A stretch of 63,710 bases of DNA, the filler included, from Kipferlia bialata (lineage: Eukaryota), in assembly GCA_003568945.1 (NCBI GenBank). It is 6 parts of 4 records of this genome, joined end to end, with 100 filler letters (N's around TTAATTAATTAA, not from the genome) between each part and the next. Parts side by side here need not be neighbours in the genome. Positions count along the whole stretch, not along the records: positions 50,303 to 53,733 come from BDIP01000022.1; positions 53,834 to 56,102 come from BDIP01000024.1; positions 56,203 to 63,710 come from BDIP01000024.1; 3 more parts are not named here. The stretch is one strand, 5' to 3'. Position numbers and translations under genes: made by a program. The notes beneath the pieces are model-generated. The model was not told the origin of the DNA. It did no database searches and worked only from the letters and a program-made list of their open reading frames with translations. This document shows, one piece after another, positions 51,286-63,710 of the stretch; the stretch's first letter is position 1, and each line of letters opens with the position of its first letter.

Positions 51286-53627
51286 CTACCACTGCCACGC
51301 CACCACAGACACCTTGGCCTTAGGCAGGGCATGGGCCACTATCACAAGCTCTCCCTCCTCGTAGTCGTTGGCCAGCACCCTGACAGTAGGGCCCTCCCAC
51401 ACCACCTGGGCCTCAGCTGTGCTAGAGACAGTCTTGGCAAAGGGAGCCACACACACCTGGCATCTCTCTCCCTTGCCCACCCTCCTTGCCCACTGCAGCA
51501 GCACCTCTGCATCGTCGTAGGGGTCGGAGGGTGCTATGAAGTCAGACACCATGTGGCCCTCGAGCAGGGCACAGGAGGTACGGGAGAAGGACCCTGACTC
51601 CCCAGCCAGCACCAGAGTGCCTATGACAGCCAGGTCTCCCACAGTGGCATAGAGGGAGTAGACGGAGGGGGCACCTGACATCCGGCCAGTAGGCCCTAGG
51701 GGACTGCGTGCCGTACCCATATCGGGTACAGAGGGGACAAGGGTGAAGTCCGAGAGGGGCTTCTCGCACACATCCACGGAGTATGAGAGAGAGAGAGAGT
51801 GGTACTTGCCCCTCTTGACACCGACAGTGAGCACCACGGCCTGACCCTCACCAGTGCCACCCACCAGTCTGATGTCTGCCCCCTTCTCTCTCTCCCTCCC
51901 TGCCTCTGGGAGGAGTCTGAATGCAACAAGGTGTGAAGGTACTCTGATGGAGGCCACCCTCTCTATGCTGGGTCTCCGGGCATACAGCTGGATGCGCCAG
52001 AGACACACCTCCCCATCAAACCCGGCAGACAGGAAGTATGTGTATGCCTTCCTCCCACCCTTGCCCTCACCCAGTGGGTTAGGTAGAGGGGCAGAGAGAG
52101 ATGACACCCCCCCTTCCTCATGGGGGTTAGACTTGGCCAGGGGCTGCTGGATCTGGGGGTCCGTACCCTCCCCCACCCTTAGTACTGCCAGCACCCCGTC
52201 CCAGGTACCCACCAGGGCATGCTGGTCATCCAGACAGCACACCTCGGAGACAGGCTCAGCTGCAACCTCGTACAGAGTGCGGTGCTTGGAGGTGAAGCTG
52301 TCAGCCGCAGTGTCAGCCTGGATAATGGCCTCACCAGACATGGTGCCGAAGCACAGGTACTCGCCTCCCCTCACACCTGCCGCAGAGACCGACACAGGCC
52401 GAGAGAACACGGTGGCAGTTCCTGAGATGTGTATGTGGCGCTTGTGGCGCTGCTTGCTGTCCCTCCAGAACTGACCAGGGGACGTCACAGAAGAAGGAGT
52501 GTCTGACACAGCAGGGCGTAAGGGGGTGGAGGGGGGAGGGGAAAGAGACCGAGGGGGTCTGGATGGGGTCTCAGACGGAGGTGCAGGGGTGGAAGGCTGA
52601 GCAGTAGCAGCAACAGATGCGATAGATGGGGTGTTGTCAGCGTCTGACATAGGGTCAGAGTCTGAGAGAGAGTCTTCCATATCAAGGGAGTCAGAAATGC
52701 TGTCTCCATATTCAGGCAGGACTGCCTCTCTTCCTCTCTCCCTCTGGTTACTGTCATGCCCCCTAGCCTCTCTCTCTATCTGCACCTCCATCTCTGTCTG
52801 CCTCATCATCCTCTGCACATCATCACTGTCCACCCCTGCCATCCCCCCTAGCCACTCCATGCCACCCCCGTCACTCACACTGAGGTCCTCCTCGCTGTAG
52901 TCATCCGCCATGGCTATGCCCAGACCCCTCAGCCTTGACCGGGATATAGCGTCTCCACTGCGGTGGGGGGAGAGGTCAGAGTCCTCCCCATACCCAGTAG
53001 AGTTCTCTCTCTCTCTCTCTCTCTCCCTCTCTCGTGTGGGTGCATGGGAGGGGGGTGGGGACAGAGGCCGCACATGGGCCTCCCCATCATCACCCCTTAT
53101 CATCAGAGACCCCCTCCTCGGGTGACACTCTGAGAACAGCTGGTGTGGGGTCTGTCCGAACTCTGCTATCTGTGTTCTGTACCCCACCCTAGTGACTGGG
53201 TCAGTGAGCGTGCGGAGGTCCATGTTACCCTCATAGGTCAAGGGATGGAACACGTTGCGTGCTGCCTCTGCAGCAGGACCCCTCTGCTTAGACCCGAACA
53301 CTATGTCGACCCAGGCATGGAGCTGCCCACTGACAATGTCTGACTCCAGTGCCGCCCTGTTAGTAGACACAAACACAGAGGGGTCACCGTGGCACCAGGG
53401 GGGGAGGGTCACGTCTGACACAAAGGTGCCCCCCTGCCTCTCTCCAAAGCTGGCACTCCGGGTGTTCCTCAACCATGCACCTGTGCCGGTATAGAAGGCA
53501 GGGATAAGCTCCTGGGGTGGGTCGGGAAGACAGGGTAGTTGATGTGTGTGTTGGTGTATATATACCTTGAAGTCCGTTCTGTTTGTCAGGACACTCCTCC
53601 AGGAGTGGGCGATTGAGAAGAACATCC
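51286..53627 (-). CDS. BEACH-domain protein with C-terminal WD40-like repeats, 5' incomplete
   Basis: DFK|ELIPAFY...DVTLPPWC...FVSTNRAALESDIVSGQLHAWVDIVFGSKQRGPAAEAARNVFHPLTYEG...IAEFGQTPHQLF..HP.R, then GTWDG and SAGFDGEVCLW. Confidence 0.9.
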
Positions 53628-53733
53628 TATCAGCCCTGTCAAAGTGACCGTCCTGTAGCTTCAGGGCATGTGCTAGAGTCAGAGGTCGGGGGGGGGGGGG
53701 CAGGGAGAGACATACTAGGCCTAGTGGTTGGGG

Positions 53734-53833
53734 NNNNNNNNNNNNNNNNNNNNNNNNNNNNNNNNNNNNNNNNNNNNTTAATTAATTAANNNNNNNNNNN
53801 NNNNNNNNNNNNNNNNNNNNNNNNNNNNNNNNN
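53734..53833. other. Artificial contig linker
   Basis: N-TTAATTAATTAA-N. Confidence 0.97.
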
Positions 53834-53882
<49 letters not shown>

Positions 53883-53961
53883 CTACACAGGCAGAGTATA
53901 TAAATATACCATACATGTCACAGAGTATATATACAATGCATGTCACTGCGTGTGTGTGCGT

Positions 53962-55034
53962 ACCGCCCCGTATCCCACTGCCAGGTGGGACTGCATCATG
54001 TATCCCTCGGTCTCAGAGATGGGGGTGTTGGCATTCTCAATGTGCTGGGTCCTGGGTGAGGGGGCAGATGGATGTATACACCACTTAGTATATACACCCC
54101 ACCTCATGACATACATACATGTATATATCTACACACACACACATATATATATATATATACCTCATGACGTATGGGGACATGCGCTTGGTCACCTCCTTGG
54201 GGATCTTGCCTGGGGGGAGGGTTCAATAGGGGGGATATCATACCATATAGGGGCATTCATCAATATGTGCATATATTGACAAAGATGACACATACATACG
54301 CGCTTATGCCCACCCACCTGTGTTGAATGTGACTGCCTCCCCTCCCTGCATGCCGTGGATGGACACACAGTCATCCTGCGGGTGAGGGGGATATATACCA
54401 ATATGTATACAAATATAGAAAGACATGACACTTGGGTGCATGTACTGCTATCAACATGCCCCTCTAGTGTCATGATACCTCGGGCTCTGTCCACACCACA
54501 CCAAACATACATATACATATACATACACACACACACATATATATATATATACACACATACCTCGGGCTCTGTCCACACCACACCACTGGCCAGGGTCCAG
54601 TCGAAGCCTGGGGTCAGGGCAGGGGTCACAATGCAATCAGGGTATGCCTATGTATATGATATATATATATATACATGTGATACCTGTGTCGTGGGGCTGG
54701 GGGCGGGGCACCCTGACAAAGTCATGCCTGGGGTGGGTGGGTGGGTGGGTGGGGAGAGAAATCCAATTGGTCAAAGTGAATATGTATATAGTAAGCATAC
54801 TCTATTTATATCTAAACGTATATGCACACACCTCAGCTGGTACTCGGTCTCTGCCTGCAGTCCCACCACAGTCATGTATGTGGCCTGGCCCGGGGTGATC
54901 TCGTTGCATGTGGCTGTGTGCCAGGTATCGGGGAGGTCGCCGGCCTACAGTGAGTAGTGTTATTCATATATATATGTAGGTAATATCGGGGAGGTCATTC
55001 ACACCACTTGGCACCCACCTCTGCCACTCTCATG

Positions 55035-55089
<55 letters not shown>

Positions 55090-56047
55090 ACACACAATAT
55101 TTATATACATACATAAGCACTCTCTTGTAGTGTACCCTCAGACAATATATACATAAGAATACATATTTACATAGAGAGAGAGAGAGAGAGATGTCTATAT
55201 GTGAATGCCCCACCTCTGCCACCCTCTTGTAGTGCACCCTCATGCAGAAGTCGTCGGTGTCCTCACCCGAGGCAGCCAGGTACAGGGCAGAGAGGGCAGG
55301 GACGTCGATGGGGGGGAGGGCGTATCTGGGGTGAGGGGATATATATATATGTGGATGGAGCCCCAAAACACTGGCCTACAGGCTCTCAGGGTGATGAAGG
55401 ATGTATAGGAGCTACTCATATATATATACTTGCTCTGCCATGTGAACACTAGTATTCGCTTGATAATATATATTCCGCGTCCCCATACTCATTTGACACC
55501 CATCGAACCACACCCACCTGACACCCAGGTTCATGAAGTCCAGGGCCCTGAGGGTAGGGGAGGCAGTGAGGGGGGGCATGACGGTGGTGCCTATAGTGAG
55601 GGAGGGAGGGAGATAGAGAGATATAGGGTGATTAGTATATCGGGTGATTAGTATATATTGGTATAAACCAGTATATATTGGGGCATGACGGTGGTGCCTA
55701 CAGTGAGAGCATTCGCAACGAGTATGACAATTAACTAATTACAAAAGCTCACACCTCAGTGCAAGTCTACCCACACAAGTGTAACACCACATACCCACGA
55801 TTCCGCTGGCCGTTGCCGACACTGTGGTCTGCTCCACACCCAGGGTCACTGAGTACGGGGCCCAGGAGTGATCAACCTCGGGGTCATAGTACTTCCTGAT
55901 AGGTAGAGAGAGAGAGGAGGAGACAGAGCGACTGATACCACTCCATACACCCTCACCTGTATCCTGTCTCGACTGTCACGGTGTATGTGCCGGACACATC
56001 GGGTCTGAACAGCATGTTGGCACCGGAGTCCCAGTACCTCACAACCT
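53962..56047 (-). CDS. Internal fragment of a protein with Ig/FN3-like domains, possibly arylsulfotransferase N-terminal-like
   Basis: Spliced exons VVRYWDSGANMLFRPDVSGTYTVTVETG, YALPP...MRVHYKRV, YMTVVGLQAETEYQL (FN3-like GL..xTEY), EAVTFNT. Family call is tentative. Confidence 0.4.
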
Positions 56048-56102
56048 AGGGGGTCGGGGGGGGGGGGGGGGGAAAAAGGGGGGGGCCCCCCATTCCCCCC
56101 CA

Positions 56103-56202
56103 NNNNNNNNNNNNNNNNNNNNNNNNNNNNNNNNNNNNNNNNNNNNTTAATTAATTAANNNNNNNNNNNNNNNNNNNNNNNNNNNNNNNNNNNNNNNNNN
56201 NN
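56103..56202. other. Artificial contig linker
   Basis: N-TTAATTAATTAA-N. Confidence 0.97.
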
Positions 56203-56821
56203 AAAACGTCTTCGAGAGGGGGGGGGGGGGGGGGGGGGGGGGGGGAGAGAGAGAGAGAGAGAGAGAAACTCCCATTGCAGCTGCCCCCCACCTGGTATGT
56301 CTATGAATGTGGAGTACAAGGCAGGCTCAGCCACCTCTGGGCCTCTAGTCACTCTAGGGTACCAGAGGTACTTGGAGTAGGCAGTAGCCATCCCCGAGAG
56401 CACTCACACGAGGTATTAAGGGGGGAGATGGGGATATGGGTGCAGGAACTTCTCTCTGTGATGATGTCTTTAGAAGGTTCTGTGGTCAAGGTGTGTTGTG
56501 TGGGGTGGCCTTGGGTGAAGAGAGTCGTGTATTGACGAACGCTATGGTTTTTGCGGCTGCTTGCACCCTTTGTCGATACCAAGCGTGTAGGGCTCTCTCA
56601 TGGCTTGATTGTACGCATGGTAGTCACACAGTGACATTCTTGCGGGGTACAGTAATGATATTTATGCAAGTTGTGACTGTTTGAGACTCCGCAACTGACT
56701 AAGTCTGAGTCTCACCCTACTGTTGACAGGAGAGACTTGTCACTGTAGAGGGTATCTCAGACACACATTGCTCCACAAAGCTTTGTGTGGGGGTTCCCTC
56801 TTCTTATGAGGAAGGAAGGCC

Positions 56822-59800
56822 ATGCGACTGGTGTTTGTCGCTCTCTGTCTTGTCTCTGCGGTCCTATCCCAGTGCACCACACAGGAGCAGGCACTCATTG
56901 ACCTATACAACGGGACCAACGGACCCAGCTGGACGCAGGCCAACAACTGGTTATCGGCAGACCCGTACTGTACTTGGACTGGTGTGACATGCAGTGGCAA
57001 CAACAGCAATGTCCGCGACATCAACCTGAATGGGTTCGGACTCACGGGGCAGCTGCCAGACACTATAGGCTGCTTCCCCTTCCTACAGGTAACCATACAC
57101 TGCATACCCTTGGTCTCTCTGATTCACTCTCTCTCTTCCAACACCGCTGTCCGCTTACCCCAGTTCCTAACCTTGGCCAACAACAACATGTCCAGCACCA
57201 TCCCCCTCACCATCGGAGACCTTCCCAACATCAAGGTGGGATGGGATGGTACACTGTAGAGGCATGCTCCATCAACAGTTCCTCATGACAACTACAGTCT
57301 ATGTATATGGTTTCACTACTTCCACTGTATACATTTACGACTGATTCTGCATTGAGTGTCTCATAACACATATTTGGCCTGTAGGGCCCACGTGATACCC
57401 CACCCTCACCCCAAGTCCATCAACATGAACGCTGCTGGCCTAGTGGGTCCTATCCCAGATACCATCTGCAACCTGGACTTCATACAGTCTATCCTGATGG
57501 GGAACAACATGCTGACAGGTACCCTAGCAGTACGTCTCCCACTTCTTCTGTTTCAGCTCTACACACACAACCCACACCAGGCCCCATCCCCTCCTGCGTC
57601 GACCAGAACACCTTCCTGCAGGAGTGGTCTACCCCCAACAACATACTGACAGGTGCCGTGCCCACAGAGTTTGACGACCTGGACTTCCTGCAGCGCCTGG
57701 TGGTACAGTGCAACCCGTCTCTAGTGTGCACACCTCTCTCTGGTGAGTCATATCGTGACTATATTGACGGTCTGTCCCAGTAGTATTGTAACCTAGAGTC
57801 TCTCACCCAGGTACCTTCCAGTACATGTGCGGCAACGACTTCCCGTCCTGCCCTGACGTCCCCCCCGAGTGCACTGAGTGTCTGATGATGGAGAACTATG
57901 CCTGGTGCGTTGACGAGAGTGGAGAGGGCACATGCGCACTCGCTGATTCCATCCAACCCGGTGACTGTGCCTCTGTCGTCACAGAACTGGCTGGATGTGC
58001 TGAGACGTGCCTAGAATGCCTGGACAACGGGTACTTCTGGTGCCTGCGGGGACCTGCTGGGCAGCCAGACGAGTGCATCCCCACGAATGGCCAACCCGGG
58101 TGCCCCTTTGTCATCAGTGACCCTGCCTTCTGTCAGCCCATCCCAGACGTCACCTGCCCCATCTGCCTAGTGTACGACGGGTATGTGTGGTGCCTGGACG
58201 AGGAGGGTGAGGGCTCCTGTGTTCTGGAGACAGAGTCTGACACCTGTGCATATGTGGTGGATGCCACCCCAGAGTGTCAACTGGACCCTGTCAATGTATG
58301 TGAGGNNNNNNNNNNNNNNNNNNNNNNNNNNNNNNNNNNNNNNNNNNNNNNNNNNNNNNNNNNNNNNNNNNNNNNNNNNNNNNNNNNNNNNNNNNNNNNN
58401 NNNNNNNNNNNNNNNNNNNNNNNNNNNNNNNNNNNNNNNNNNNNNNNNNNNNNNNNNNNNNNNNNNNNNNNNNNNNNNNNNNNNNNNNNNNNNNNNNNNN
58501 NNNNNNNNNNNNNNNNNNNNNNNNNNNNNNNNNNNNNNNNNNNNNNNNNNNNNNNNNNNNNNNNNNNNNNNNNNNNNNNNNNNNNNNNNNNNNNNNNNNN
58601 NNNNNNNNNNNNNNNNNNNNNNNNNNNNNNNNNNNNNNNNNNNNNNNNNNNNNNNNNNNNNNNNNNNNNNNNNNNNNNNNNNNNNNNNNNNNNNNNNNNN
58701 NNNNNNNNNNNNNNNNNNNNNNNNNNNNNNNNNNNNNNNNNNNNNNNNNNNNNNNNNNNNNNNNNNNNNNNNNNNNNNNNNNNNNNNNNNNNNNNNNNNN
58801 NNNNNNNNNNNNNNNNNNNNNNNNNNNNNNNNNNNNNNNNNNNNNNNNNNNNNNNNNNNNNNNNNNNNNNNNNNNNNNNNNNNNNNNNNNNNNNNNNNNN
58901 NNNNNNNNNNNNNNNNNNNNNNNNNNNNNNNNNNNNNNNNNNNNNNNNNNNNNNNNNNNNNNNNNNNNNNNNNNNNNNNNNNNNNNNNNNNNNNNNNNNN
59001 NNNNNNNNNNNNNNNNNNNNNNNNNNNNNNNNNNNNNNNNNNNNNNNNNNNNNNNNNNNNNNNNNNNNNNNNNNNNNNNNNNNNNNNNNNNNNNNNNNNN
59101 NNNNNNNNNNNNNNNNNNNNNNNNNNNNNNNNAGAGACTGAGTCTGACACCTGTGCGTATGTGGTGGATGCCACCCCAGAGTGTCAATTGGACCCTGTCA
59201 ATGTGTGCGAGGACTGTATTGATCTGGACGGTGCCTGGTGCTACAGTCTCTTTGGCCAGAGTGAGTGCATACCCTCTGGGGCCCTTCCCCCCTCTGGCTG
59301 CAACGACATCATCACCGACAAGGGCGGGTGCGACCCCATCCCTCCGACAGACTGCGAGGAGTGCCTGGCCTTCGAGGACACTGTGTGGTGTGTCCTGCCT
59401 GACTCAGACGACGCCTGCTACCCTGACGCCACCCCATGCAGAGAGGATGGGGGTGTCCCATACATCGACTGCATCCCCCCCGACTGCTGTCCCCTCTGTA
59501 CAGGGTGGGACGGGTATGCGTGGTGTGTGGTGGAGGACATCGGTACATGCCTAGAGAACCCTCAGCCAGGGGACTGTGACTATATCGTAGAGACACCCGA
59601 CGACTGCGACTCCCCTAACACCTGTCCCAACTGACTGTCCCAGGACGGCACCTGGTGCCACAACCTCTTCGGCCAGAGTGTCTGCTACCCCTCAGGAGAG
59701 TGCCCCCCTCTGGACTGTAACAGTATAGTGGAGGCAGGGGAGGACTGTTCTCAGGGTCCCATTGACACATGCCCCGAGTGCCTATCGTACTACAACACCG

Positions 59801-59907
59801 TGTGGTGCATCATCCCTGGAGAGACTGACTCCTGTTACCCAGATGCTGAAACATGCAGGATCGACGGAGGCGTCCCCTACATCGACTGTGTCCCCCCTGA
59901 CTGCTGA
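56822..59907 (+). CDS. Secreted LRR protein with C-terminal tandem Cys-rich (CxxC...WC, PSI-like) repeats; in-frame TGA at 59632-59634; spans an N gap
   Basis: Signal peptide MRLVFVALCLVSAVLS, LRRNT_2 (ALIDLYNGTNGPSW...CTWTGVTC), LTGxLP repeats, then CxxC-x6-8-WC repeats. Frame continues 90 codons past the TGA to TGA 59905-59907. Confidence 0.8.
57857..59904 (+). repeat. Coding tandem Cys-rich repeat array, partly unresolved in assembly
   Basis: 58226-58305 recurs nearly identically just after the gap (59134-59211). A two-unit block ending GGVPYIDC.PPDC occurs twice. Confidence 0.8.
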
Positions 59908-60072
59908 GCGATGGCGAAGGGCATCTGCAGCCTATGAACTGATCGCACAGGGAGTTGAGGACTGCCACAGAGGCACGTGGCCAGGCAGATGGACACAGAA
60001 ATAGATATGACACATTGAGTGACATGATGAATCAAATAGTCTATAGTACACCGGTGCCCCCTATAATAGTCA

Positions 60073-62505
60073 TTACAGACCCGGATATGATAACCATGGG
60101 AAATCAATGGAGTCCAGCCGTGCCTCACAGCTCTGGGGTGAGTGTATCAACATTGGTATACTAACAACATCGTACCTTACTCAGTGTGCCACTGTCTCTG
60201 CTGCGTCTCTGCCTCTTCGCCCAGTGATACAGAGACACATGGGTGGAGCTCCTTGGGTACTCAGTGTGGGTCTTCATGTATGCACACCACTCTGCAAACC
60301 TCCTGTCCCACAGGGCCTGCTTGGAGTCCCATGCAAACGCGATGGCATCCAGTCTCGCTATCCTGTCCTGCGACATCTTGCCATGCTTCCTACTCTGCCT
60401 GCAATCTGACATGTAGTTGGACAAGTGGTTGTCTTCCTTGAGGGTGGGGAATCTGGAGTGTGTCTCATAGTACGCTTTCAGAGAGGCATAGTTGAGGTCC
60501 CACGGATTGTCCCGGACCCACACGATGCCAACAGAGTCCAGTCGGTCAATCTGATCCTGAGAGTCAGATACATGGAAGAGTAATGACGTGCCATACATCA
60601 TCACGTAGTATAAGGACTGATACACTCTGTGATACCTGCTTCAGCTTGCCAAGGCTTCGCTTCTTGCGCTGGGCAGCTACCCAACTCCCTATACTACTAT
60701 GGGCCGGGGGCCAGGTGGGTTGGGAGGAGAGGAGCTCTCGCAATGCCTCAAAGGACTCGTCCCATGTGGGAATGGGGTCACGTAGAACCCATGGAAAACC
60801 ATTGCACATGGCGTCCAAGCGGTCGATTCTCTCCTGTGAGAGATCACCCCTCTTGCGATACCTCCTCTGCGTCTCCATCCACCTGCCAAGGGCCCTTATG
60901 CGCTGGTCCTTGTCTGTTCTCAGGGGCCACTTGTTATTCTCTGTCCAGTACCGCTCAAGGGCAGTGAAGGACTCATCCCAAGTGAGGAGGGGCGCGTATA
61001 TGCGCCAGGGGAAATTGATGCTATCAAGGAGGTCGATCCTATCCCGCTTCAGGTGACCAGTTCTCTTATCGGTCCTCTGAGTGTGCACCCAACTCCCTAT
61101 GGGGCTGCCGTTATACGTCTCAGACCGCAGCGGCAGCCTCCCGTGTACGCCCATGAAAGACTTGAGGAGAGAGAAGTTGCCCTTCCATGTCCTGTCATCT
61201 CTCCTCTGCTTCCTCCTCCCCTTCTCACCCCTTATCCTGGTGCAAGGGATGGGTGCTTCAGAGGACTCCTCTTCTTCCTCTGAGCCAGACCCGGCCTCTA
61301 TTTCAGACTGAGGCTCAACCCCAAACACTGAGTCTCCACTGTCCACATCAGAACCAGAGACAGGGTCAGAGCCAGGCTGAGGATTGGTGTCATGGAATGA
61401 GGACTCAGAGTCGGACTGGTGGGTGGTTGCCTGGGCAGTCCGGCTCGCTGGAACAGTATCAGATGCAACGTCCTGGTATTCAGGGACATTAGAAGACTCT
61501 GAGGCAAGGTATGAGAGCTCTGAGTCTGAGTGAGTGGTATCCAGGACCTGCCCGGTGCTCGATGCCTCCCGTTCAGTCTCTTGCAGAAGGACAGACTGCC
61601 TGACACCATGTCGGTTGATGACCTCACTGTCACTGTCACTCTCGCTCTCGTCGTTGGCGTCACTCCCGTATGTGCTGTCGTCCGAGTCCCCTCCTCTCCC
61701 CTTCGGACCCCTCTCACTCTCACCGTATGTGGTTCCCCCATCTTCTGGATACACCATGTCCTCGTGCGCTATGTGCACCACCCTGTCCCTCGCACAGGAG
61801 CGCTTGGGTCTCTCCCTCACCCATCCCCTGCCCAGTCCATCCCTGCTCATCTTCTCCACCCAGTGCACATAGCCGTCGGGACCTCTCTCATCACTCTCCC
61901 CTGGAGGATAGAAGTAATGCAGAATATATACAACTCAACAACATGAGTGTATGTTAATCAATACCTGATGCGTTCTGCCTCCTCTTGCTCATAGGGTGTG
62001 GGGGAACATCCTAGAGTCAGAGGAAGGATATGAATTACATGGAAGGAGTATGCCGCAGACATTCACGAAACATTACATAAATAGTACAAGCATGCCAACA
62101 CATATGGCATAGAAACAAGAGAGACTGGATACAAGGGGGGGGGTTATGGGTCTATCAATCACAAATGACGTATCCCATACAACCCGGCGGGAGCTATTTA
62201 CAAGTATACGTACATAATAGTGGAAACGGAATGGAACATGAGTGTATTGTATCAATACCATCTGTCCATACCTGACTGTGTTGGATCCCCCTCACCCCCT
62301 CCACCTTGATCCTCTCAAGCAAGACCGGCTCCTGACTAGCACCCTCTTCTTTGACAGGCTCTGCCTTGACGGTATGTGGGAGAGTGAATGACTCTGCCCT
62401 CTCGAAGAGAGCAGGCTCATCCTTCACAGAGATGCCTCTCACTCTGGATCTCTCCCTCCTCCTCTTCCCCCTAGTCCTCACACCGCCCACTCCACCACTC
62501 ATACC
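60073..62505 (-). CDS. Helicase-associated (HA) domain protein, five HA repeats behind an acidic Ser-rich linker; no helicase core seen
   Basis: Five units W...F..L..Y...H...P....LG.W...QR......L...RI..LD.I.F.W. Exons about 62272-62505, 61965-62010, 60636-61901, 60176-60557 and last exon SCEARLDSIDFPWLSYPGL TAA at 60073. Confidence 0.85.
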
Positions 62506-62569
62506 CTACCCCAACGTTAGGGACACACTGAATCCTCAAATATCTATAGATAATATAGCAGGCCAATGA

Positions 62570-63480
62570 TGCAACCACAAAAACACCATAAGGGTCCAAC
62601 AACTGTTTTTGCCACCCTTTTCTCAGAAAGGGTCCAGAACCAAATCGAAGAACGCAGACGAATCGCGCTGGTGGCACAGAGATCTGTTGGTCCTCTCTTC
62701 TTGATGCTGATGGGAATATTGCCACTCCTAGCCCTGTTACTGGCATCCCTGAGCCTTCTGGATCAGGTACACACTGGTTGGCATGTACTTATGGGTTGTA
62801 TCGGCTGCGTATCCATATAGATTTGGTTCAGTTCTTGAACTGAATCTGAAGATTCTAGTATCCACCTCTTGCACTAGTATCTGTTTCCGCGTAGGTGGTG
62901 GATATACATACGTCTGTGACTTACAGATTTGTATATATGCGTCAATGCATTCAATTTGTTGATCGACTCCGCAGCGTTTGGATTTGAGTATTAGTCCAAT
63001 GACATGTCATAATAATACTGTATTGTACTAGAGTATGATATGACACAACCAACCTCTCCACTACATATGATGGATATGCAAGGTCTCTGGAAACGGGCAG
63101 TCTCCCTCACCTCTAGGGCGTCTGTGCTGTTGATCCGGCCAATGTACTGGATGTCAAGGCCCTCATGCAGCCGGGGACTGGTGAGTGTTATGTGGGTTAC
63201 GAACATATTCACTGTTTGTGGTGCTACAATGAGTCTATTGCTCTGTATGCGCAATTATTCACTACATGATATATACATCGTTATGGTTTGAGAGTCCTTC
63301 CCCTCCTACTCAGGCTATAGGGTCGTATATCTCTCTCTGTCCCCCAGCCGTGGTCTTACCCCCTTTCCCCTGTACTGTCCTTCTCTCTCTATATATACCC
63401 TAACCTCAGCTGCTGAGTCAGCCTTTGGCCAGGCCATAGACGTCGACGGAAGGTATTCCCTCCCTTCTCCCTCTCCTTCC
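62570..63480 (-). CDS. Probable further upstream exons of the HA-domain gene (or a separate hypothetical gene)
   Basis: Exon-like blocks with CAG acceptors, e.g. PRLHEGLDIQYIGRINSTDALEVRETARFQRPC at about 63053-63177. Phase joins not fully resolved. Confidence 0.35.
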
Positions 63481-63655
63481 CTCCCTATCCTATATGGTGT
63501 GGCGTACCATGTGGTGCCTATATACATATATACATGTGTCTGTTGTCTGGATTGAGTTAATTAATTGCGTATTCCACCCTTCACGACCCCTTGATCATTA
63601 TGTATTGTATATGGATGTCTATATTGTGTGGAGGTGGATGGCCATCGATTCATTC

Positions 63656-63698
<43 letters not shown>

Positions 63699-63710
63699 TG
63701 TACCTGCTTT

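Noticed and set aside
22117..59907. eEFSec and the TGA-containing gene as a linked selenium cluster
   Set aside because: Separated by four artificial linkers; co-occurrence in the window is not linkage.
59905..59907. Second TGA (PPDC* versus PPDCC) as another Sec codon
   Set aside because: Downstream codons no longer resemble the repeat and another stop follows within 10 codons; best read as the true stop.
88..63527. Most short ORFs in the six-frame track (YIYI/CVCV/LSLS-rich) and ORFs running through Ns
   Set aside because: Translations of intronic microsatellites, antisense shadows or gap read-through.
1..63710. Alternative genetic code (TAA/TAG = Gln as in hexamitid diplomonads); tRNA, rRNA or transposon genes
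   Set aside because: Recognisable genes end at TAA, TAG and TGA with no internal TAR in reconstructed exons; no RNA gene or transposase/RT motif was recognised.

Overview
Eukaryotic, intron-rich protist DNA using the standard genetic code, with genes ending in TAA, TAG and TGA. Short GT-AG introns with a YTNAC-C(n)-AG 3' end, (TA)n/(TC)n microsatellites, poly-G/C contig ends and the gene content suggest a free-living fornicate such as Kipferlia (inference only). The window is not one locus. At least six unrelated contigs are joined by artificial N-TTAATTAATTAA-N linkers, with three N gaps and probable mis-joins at poly-C/G runs. About 20 spliced genes can be rebuilt by hand: DENR/Tma22, an HGSNAT/DUF1624-like membrane acyltransferase, RING-TRAF-SPRY ligase, bacterial-type VOC/glyoxalase, ARM-repeat protein, Sec elongation factor eEFSec, TMEM62-like, PH+Clu, FAM120/asteroid-like PIN, two LRR proteins, SMYD-type SET, SDR, BEACH-WD40 and a helicase-associated (HA) repeat protein. 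The strongest unexplained signal is that many introns carry 'exon echoes'. These are partial copies of the adjacent exon end with its splice site, acceptor-side copies upstream and donor-side copies downstream, differing from the real exon mostly at synonymous positions. Second is an in-frame TGA at a conserved Cys position in a secreted LRR/Cys-repeat protein, in an organism that encodes eEFSec.
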